NCBI RefSeq assembly: GCF_009914755.1
Contig: NC_060933.1
Source of the DNA: the human T2T-CHM13v2.0 reference genome, Homo sapiens
Length of the DNA: 64,000 nt
Reading direction: 5' to 3' (one strand)
Shown here in pieces: positions 56,445-64,000 of this stretch (positions are counted from its first letter, which is position 1; every line of letters begins with the position of its first letter). The position numbers and the translations under genes are program-made. The notes beneath the pieces were generated by a model. The model did no database searches and was not told the DNA's origin. It saw only the letters and a list, made by a program, of their open reading frames with translations.

Positions 56445-56497
56445 TTCTTTTTTCTTTTTGTTCTTCTTCTTTTTTTTTTTTTTTTCTTTTTTTTTTT
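56445..56497 (+). repeat. T-rich low-complexity tract
   Basis: ~50 nt of nearly pure T/C. Confidence 0.85.
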
Positions 56498-56739
56498 AAC
56501 ATACATGTACTTAAACATTGTGGAAGTTCTTGGCTAGAAAGAATAATTCATTGCCCTTGAGGGGCTTCAGAACTAGGAGGAGACATCCAGGTAACAAGAC
56601 CCAGTATAATTAAGTATGAAAAACTCTGTAACAAATGAAGACCAAATCATCAAGGGAGGTTGTTTTCTTGTCATACAGATATGTACAGTACAGAGGAGGT
56701 AATTGCACCTTGATGGTCTCAGTTAACAGACTATATTTA

Positions 56740-57320
56740 AACAGACTTTAATGGCAGACAGAAAGGCCTTTGAATCACTGGGTCCATCACTAACTCATAT
56801 TGGTAAAGTCAGTCTCAATCTCTCAAAGCCTCATTTTTCCTTTTTGGAAAATCAAGGTACTTACCTACTTAGCAGGGCTCTTGTAAGGATTACATATAAA
56901 TTGAAAGTGCTTAGCTAAGTACCGGCAGACTTCCAAATATAGATTTGAATTCATGCTTACTTGTTCATTCAGTAAATATTTGTTGATTGCCCACTAGGTA
57001 TTAGAAACAGGGGGATATGATACATAATGTCCTCCTTACAGAGTTTGCATTCTGATGAGATAATCGGATAATTTACAAATAAGCAAATGAATAATCCAAA
57101 CAATTGCAGGCTGTGATAAGAACGGTAAAGTAAATAAATAAGTTTACATGAGAGAATGTAAGAGAGTGAGCAAGGTAGGGTAGGTAATTTTAGATAGGTT
57201 GGCCAAGGAAGGCCTCTGAGAAGACATGGAAGTTAAACTAGTACATGAAAGATGAGAAGAAACAATGCGTAGTAGGAACAAAAGGAAGACCATTTTAGAC
57301 AGAGAATAGAAAGTTACATA
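56740..57320. mobile_element. MIR (+, ~56740-56930) followed by an L2 3' end (-, ~56950-57320)
   Basis: aagcctcatttttcc...gaaagtgcttag; ttcattcagtaaatatttgttga...caaggaaggcctctgag. Confidence 0.7.
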
Positions 57321-58734
57321 ACTTCTCTCTCAATCTCCTTTTTTTTGTTCTTTTTTGTCATCTTTAGGGAGGGGGTCATCACTAATGTTTGAGGAGTGCT
57401 TATTCCTGGGGTGTTTTGCTGTATACAACAGACTCAAATATCAAGTATTTTCAGTTGTTAAAAGTAAAATTAACATTTAATGGGTGTTTTTTAGAAGTTT
57501 GTTATTGAGATACATTTTTCAAAAAATGGTTTTACAGATAGATCCTGCCATTTTGAGGAAAAATGAAGTAAAGATACTGTAGAGTTTCCCAATCATTTTT
57601 ATTATTTATCATTTAAAGTTCATGTTTTATAAGGCATTCTCTAACTAGAAATTGCATTTATTAAGTAATAATGATCTTATTTTTCTATTTGTTGTAAATA
57701 AAAAGAACCGATGCCAATCAGAGTTTTTGGTTAAGCCTCACTTCTAGTTGAGGAAATTTTAATTGAAGGAAAGATTTTATTTATTTTCTGTATTACTGAG
57801 AATAAGCACATAGTTTCATAAGGCTTTTTGTCATATAAAACACAGCTCAAGGACATTTGATTAGTATATTTGAGGACTTTTAAAGCTCTGGAGATTCCAC
57901 GAGAAGACTCGCTAGTGTTAGAGAACTAGTTAGGCATCTAGAATTAAACTACTGTGATTTTGGCTTTTAAACTTCCCTCAAGATGATCTCTATATATGAT
58001 TTTAAATAATTCCTTCAAACTACTCTGCATATCAATTATTCATGCTAGACATTCAAGTTTGGGCGTTGGGGGCAGTTTGGCATTTGCCCTAAGATCAGGT
58101 CCTTTACCATACATTTTCAGCTGCTGATCTAAATTTGCCTTCTCCCTCAACGAAATTATAAATCATTGAGAGTACAGATCATGTCTATTTTCCTTATCAC
58201 TGTGTCCCAAACACATTTAATAGGCATTCAAATTTTTTATGGCACATAAAAGTATATCAGCCTCTGGCCTGGTTCCTTTGTGGTAAACTTGAGTCTATGC
58301 TTGAGGTCTGCCCAGGACTCACCCTTTTTAAATTTTACTTTCTGAAGGATTTTTTTAAGCACCCTGATGCAAAACAGGTCAAATTGCCTATGCTCTCTGA
58401 CTCCATTTATCTTGAAGTTTTTCACCACTTTCAGTTAAGTCTAGCTTTCCTCGACCTTCAATGAAACATTTATTATGTGAGCATTTTAATATTTAATATT
58501 TTATCTCTCAGTTTTTTTCATGATGCTTTACATATTATTGGAGTTTTATGGGGAAATGAAAAGGTCAAAACAAAGGAGCAGCCTGGTTGATAGCAGGCGA
58601 CTTGAATAAGATGCTTCTTTTCCTTATCAGCTCCTTAGAAATCCTCTTAACTTCTTAAAGTAGACGTCCCTCTCAAGGCTAAGGAACCCACTTCATCAAA
58701 TGCACTGTAATATGGGAAAAGCAGAAATATATCC

Positions 58735-59328
58735 TGGTCTCTTAACCAAACTGACCTCCACTTAACCAAATTGCTGGATTAACACAACCTATTCATTCGT
58801 CTGTAAAATGCACTGATGGATGCCCCAGCATGGTAGGCTAATTCCCATTACTACTATTACTATTGTAATTTTATGATATAATATTATATAAACCGATGAT
58901 AAATGAATGCAAAATAAAAATTATCGATTTGATTAAAATCACATTAAAAGGCTTGGAAAGATTCAATAAAGTCAACTCTCTAAAAAATTAAGCATCTACA
59001 ACACATTTATAAAACATGGGAAAATACATACAAACCTAGAAAATGTTTGCTTAGCTTGCTTTGAAAATATTTCACTCTCTTTAAATCATGTAGAATTGTA
59101 GATGATGAATTATTGATGTAATTTAGCAAAAAATGGCAATGGAATGTCACCATTGGACCAAAGAAACAAATTATAAAACAAAGCAAACTTTGATTTTACA
59201 TTTAAAAAATATGAAGGAACAAATGAGTATATATGTAGTTTGAGTTAAAATACGTGTATAGCTTTAAAAAATTATTTTAAGTGATTGTTAAATTAACCTG
59301 TCTGGGTGGAATAAGAGGGTTCTAGTGT
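58735..59328 (+). mobile_element. Tigger13a-like DNA transposon
   Basis: gacctccacttaacc...ggattaac...ctgtaaaatgcactga start; ataagagggttctagtg end. Confidence 0.55.
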
Positions 59329-61659
59329 GCCAGTTTCTGGGAATCCAGAGGAGTCCTGGATTAAAAAGAGAATAGTAACCTTTACTTGGAGCTTGTGCTA
59401 CTAGAACAGTGTTTTTTTCTCATTTAGATTTAGCTAATTTTTTAAAAACTGGATTCCTTAGTTTGTAGTATAGTAAAAATACCAGAAAATTTGTGCTTAG
59501 AATATTTAGATTGAAATAATAGCTTTTGGCATGTATAAGTGATATATTAGTCAGGTTTCTTAACTAGATAAAAATCTCCAGTTGTTTCAGCTATAAACTG
59601 TAAATAATGACCATATAAAACTCACAGAATTATTGAGAGAATTAAATGAGATTATATATATGCAAGATGTTTCTGAAAATATGATCCATCACAAAAATTT
59701 ATTACAATATATTTTATATTTTGAAATAATGTTTAGCGCTTACTTAAAATCACTTAGATCTAACTTATCTACTCTCAGTGGTAAGAAGGAAATGAGAAAT
59801 AAGCTAAAGGATCACACAATGTAATCTTTCCATAAATTTAACTAAGAAATGGAATAACAAAGGCCAACCCAGTGATTCTAAATACCTTTCTGCAAATTAT
59901 GAAAGTCCTATTTGTACTGTGTTTCTCTAGACTATGCCTGAATTCCCATCTTGGATGGTTATTTAAATTATTGTCTTTGTATTTAGCAAATCTCAGTTCT
60001 CTTCTTTGAAGCTGGCCTTCCTAGGCCATTTCTGAATAGTATCTCTATCATGGGTAGAATCATACCTTTGCTGGGTAATTAATTGACCACATTAGTTAAC
60101 CAGATGAATTCCAAACCTTTGCTGCCAATCCCTGAGTCGGATCAAAGTTAGGGCATCCATACCACAGTCTGAATAAGCCAATATTTAGTTTTATATTAAG
60201 TTACTTCTGATGACCAAGAAACTATTGAAGATAGTTTTGAATCCTTTTGAATCCTTTTTCTTTTTTCTCTGGAAACAAACCGAAGGTTATGTGCTATTTA
60301 AAGACTCTGTATCTAAAAAACAATTTGATTGTATAGTCAAGTGATTTATATGTATTTAATCTTGGAATGTGATATTTACAGAAGACAATATGAAGTTTGT
60401 TTTCATTGTAATTTTAAGTGTATGTGTTTTAGTAGTAATGTATTTTGGTACTAGGTTAATGAAACTAATGAATACAAAGGACACTCTTAAAATGGAAATC
60501 TTTTAAAATTCAGGAGTAATTTTACTCATCAGGCATTTGTGTCATGTACAAAAGCCTTTGATCCTGGATAATAAAAGCATAATATTTTTGTAATCAAGTC
60601 AGTAATCCTTTCAAGATGAAAATAAACCTTCTGGCTGGACAAATATGAAAGATAAATATCCTTTAGAATTTATTGGAATTTTGAAAGCATTGCCACGGAA
60701 ATGTAATTGACAGTACAAGGTTGCTCGTTTCACAAGGTCCTATCACTTTTTATTATATTAGAAATTTATTCATATCGTGGACTTGCCATTGTATATAATG
60801 TATACAATTCTGTTATTTCAATTTGTCTTCTATCTAGAGCCAGGATATGGATATGGATACATGACACCCAGTTCTAGCACTGGGCATTGGATAATAACAG
60901 TTCAAATCAGGGATCAAGATACCTTGTAGATTTTCATCCTTAAATCAGCGTAGGGACAGTACATGGTCTAGTCAAACCACACTCTTAAAAGTTGGGATCA
61001 AGATAAAAAGGTCACTCCCTAAAACACCATAGAGAGGATGTATTTTTGGATCTAGAGATATGGCCTATTCTAGGAAGGGTCATCTAATTTCCTTCTAAGT
61101 AAACACTAGCACAGTTGTTTTAGAGCACAGCAGTTCATCTCTAATTTCTAACCTGAGTATCAGTTACAGAGGCCTACTTTCTTTTCTTTCAGAACCCAAC
61201 TACTTCCTTGGGTGAAGAGCTCTACTCCTTAGAGTCTGTTAACCACCAGACCTGGAGTGAAGAGTTCCCATCTTACCAGCGGCCTAAATAATTGATGTTG
61301 AAAATATTTATTACCTGAAAAAAATTCCTTCCCGGCTGATGGGGAGTGGTCCTAACTTGTGGCCCGTCAACAGAATTATCCCCAAAGAAAACAGTAGTGT
61401 AACTGTTACCATGTTTTCCAAATGTTGAGTTACTTAGACTAAAACAGATCATACTTTTTTATGGTTTTCTCAAGGAGAGTTAGAGGCAAGGCCTGACATT
61501 TTTCTGCAGCATTGCAGGTCTCTATTCCGGAACATCTATGGGCAATTTATATTTCTATAAGAACATTCGATGGTCTGCAAAGACAGCACAGAATTAAGAT
61601 ACTGCTATTTCTCCAAAGATAGGTCAGTACAGCCTGTGCTCCTAGAGCCCAGGTAGTGA

Positions 61660-61832
61660 GGTACCAGACTGGCTTCAGAAGAACACAGAAAAACTTATTA
61701 AAACAGATCCATGGGTTTCACAGACAGAAATTCTAGTTTGGTAGGTTTTCTGTGGGACTCAGGAATATGCAGATATATAAATTTAAGGTGCTGCAAGTGG
61801 GTTTAAAGCTAGCCAAGTTTGGGAACAACTGA
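61660..61832. mobile_element. MER5-like element
   Basis: gggactcaggaatatgca...agccaagtttgggaacaactg. Confidence 0.55.
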
Positions 61833-63152
61833 GATGACCTTTTACATTGTCATACAGAGCCAGTTTCACAAATACACTATTTCAGAAGACTGTCACTGGG
61901 GATTTTCCTATTACAAATGATTAGGCTGCATCCAAATTGAATTCAAAACTCCTCTGTAAAATACAGCATTTCTCAGTTTGAAGTTTGAATTGATTTTGAG
62001 GATGGGTGCTATTATACTTCTTATTCAATTTTTAAATTTTCCAAGACTCTGACTCTAACTTCCCTGTGCTTCTCCTCTTCTCATTTCCCTCTGATTCTCT
62101 TAAGAAAATTGTCTTCCAATCACACAGACTAAGAAAAGCAGCTCAAACCTGAGATAACAGTACTTCCTTCCATGTCTTGAATCACGTTATTAGATGTACG
62201 TTCTTATAAGAAATGACTGACTTAAACATCAGTGCAATGCACATTTTATTTTCCCCATTGCCACTTTTTAAAAAATGTGTCAAACTTCAAGATTTTATCC
62301 TGGTTTTAGCTAATTAAAATTAATGGAATTTGAAAGGTAGGAAATACAAATTTAACAATAAATAAATGGAAAAAAATTACAAAAATTAAATTAGGCAAAT
62401 TCTATATATTGTTAATAAGCTGAGACATAGATTACTGTTTCAAAGACTACTTTTAGCTTTAAGAAATGTTGTAAGACTAGAAAATGTATGGCCAATATTT
62501 ACATATACAAGTATTTTCTTTGGATTATTTCAGTATACAAATATGATACTTTTGTTTTCATAAATGGATTGTAATCTGGAATTGGAAAATCTACATTCTA
62601 ATTTTTGTTCTGCTACAGACTTGCATAGTCTTAGAAACGTCATTAACTTCATTTATTCACTGAACGAATTTTTCAAGTGACTACCATGCATGCCAGACTC
62701 TATTCTAGGCATATGAGACAATTTTTTTTTCCTTTGTAATACGTATGGATATAATCAGCTTGTATTCAATGTCTCCTTCAGCTTTAAAACAATGAATCTA
62801 GGATAAAATATATCCTTTCTCTTCATAAGAATTAATGAGGCAGCTTGGATTTTCTCTGGAGAGCTGAATTGCAATCAGATATTTGAGAAAAGATGTGAAA
62901 GCAAGCAATAACTCCCTTAGAATTGCTAAAGGTCCTCTGATGATTGTGACGGAAAATGAGTCAAATGGCATTTGGAGCTTGAGGGAGAGGTTTGGAGAGG
63001 AAGGTGCACCCCAGGGTTCACTCTCATACAGAACAACAGCAAATTGCTACGAGTTGTCACAGCACCAAGAGCAGAGCGGCAGCTGCCTTGCAGCACTGAA
63101 AATACCTGATACAACACAGTACCTGGAGAAGTAGAGCCAGATTGAGTGAAGC

Positions 63153-63187
63153 CACACACACACACACACACACTCACGCACACACAC
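63153..63187 (+). repeat. (CA)n microsatellite
   Basis: (CA)10 followed by ctcacgcacacacac. Confidence 0.9.
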
Positions 63188-63689
63188 GTGAAGTCGGTAA
63201 AGTGGGCAAGCCAGGCCAGAGTGATTCTTCTCTTTGGATAATGCCTAGGGCTTCTAGAAGGGACCCCTTCTGAAGTGTGGAGGTCTCATTTGTCATTAGC
63301 AACCACTTCTTCAGCTATACTTTTCAGGACTCCAGTGACTGTCCTTCCGGGGTAGATTGTCATTCAGTAATATGCCATGTAGTCAGAGAACACTTTGCTT
63401 CTCATCTGAGGGTGGGTCCAGGGCTCTCTTACTGATGAGAGAGGCCCTATTTGTATACTTGGAGCTGTGACATTTCAGAAGGCACTGGAGCCACATTTTC
63501 ATGAGTCTTGGGTAGTAATCAGTGCATGATCAAGGTCGGTGCTACAGATGTGCAGCTTATGAATCATGCATCTTTAACCCCTGGGTGAGCTATTTCATAG
63601 TTACTTCAAACTCAAATTAACAATAGGAGTATTATGGTAAGGGGGGATTTACATATATTTCAAAGATCTGAGTCATCATTTAACCAGAG

Positions 63690-64000
63690 ACCTGAAAGAT
63701 TCAAAAGAGATAGGCATAGCATTTGAAGGGAGATTATCTCGGGGAATGTCAAGGGCCAATGGCATGAGGCAGGACCAGACTTGGATGGTCAAAGAGCAGA
63801 AAGACTGCCTTGTGGATAGAGTCAGTGAGCATGGAGGAGTGAAGTACAAGATGAGTGTGGGAGGATGGATGAGTCTGTTAGCAACGACGATGGAGTAAAG
63901 TGGACACACTTATAATACATAGGAAGAATATTTATGGGTTATAGTTGGTGAAGAAAAGAGAAAAAAATGCTGGTACCTAGGTTATTGGCTTGACCAGCTG
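63690..64000 (-). mobile_element. L2 fragment running off the window end
   Basis: ggcatgaggcagga...aagagcagaaagactgcc...ggaggagtgaag antisense L2 pattern. Confidence 0.5.

Overview
AT-rich, CpG-depleted primate (most likely human) non-coding DNA, either intergenic or inside a large intron. I can support no protein-coding gene, RNA gene, CpG island or CRISPR-type feature. Every recognisable ORF in the track is an L1 ORF2 remnant, an Alu read-through or a microsatellite. A large part of the window is interspersed repeat: 4 Alus, three L1PA insertions (two 5'-inverted, one young L1PA2-like 3' end), older L1M/L2/MIR fragments, two relic LTR-int-LTR MaLR (MLT1) proviruses, solo LTRs (MSTA, MLT1A/C/F, LTR16, LTR33, MER21, MER39, an ERVL-type LTR) and DNA transposons (MADE1, MER47A, MER102, MER5, Tigger). 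Family names come from my recognition of consensus motifs, not a RepeatMasker run. I found no new biological system. The most unusual signals are local rearrangement scars: (1) a 92-bp near-perfect inverted copy of unique DNA inserted into a (TA)n tract about 430 bp away; (2) an inverted duplication of an LTR TATA region forming a 77-nt hairpin; (3) an L1PA2-type element carrying the L1HS-Ta 'ACA' diagnostic; (4) two independent L1s broken at the same ORF2 nucleotide; (5) an 88-bp tandem duplication.
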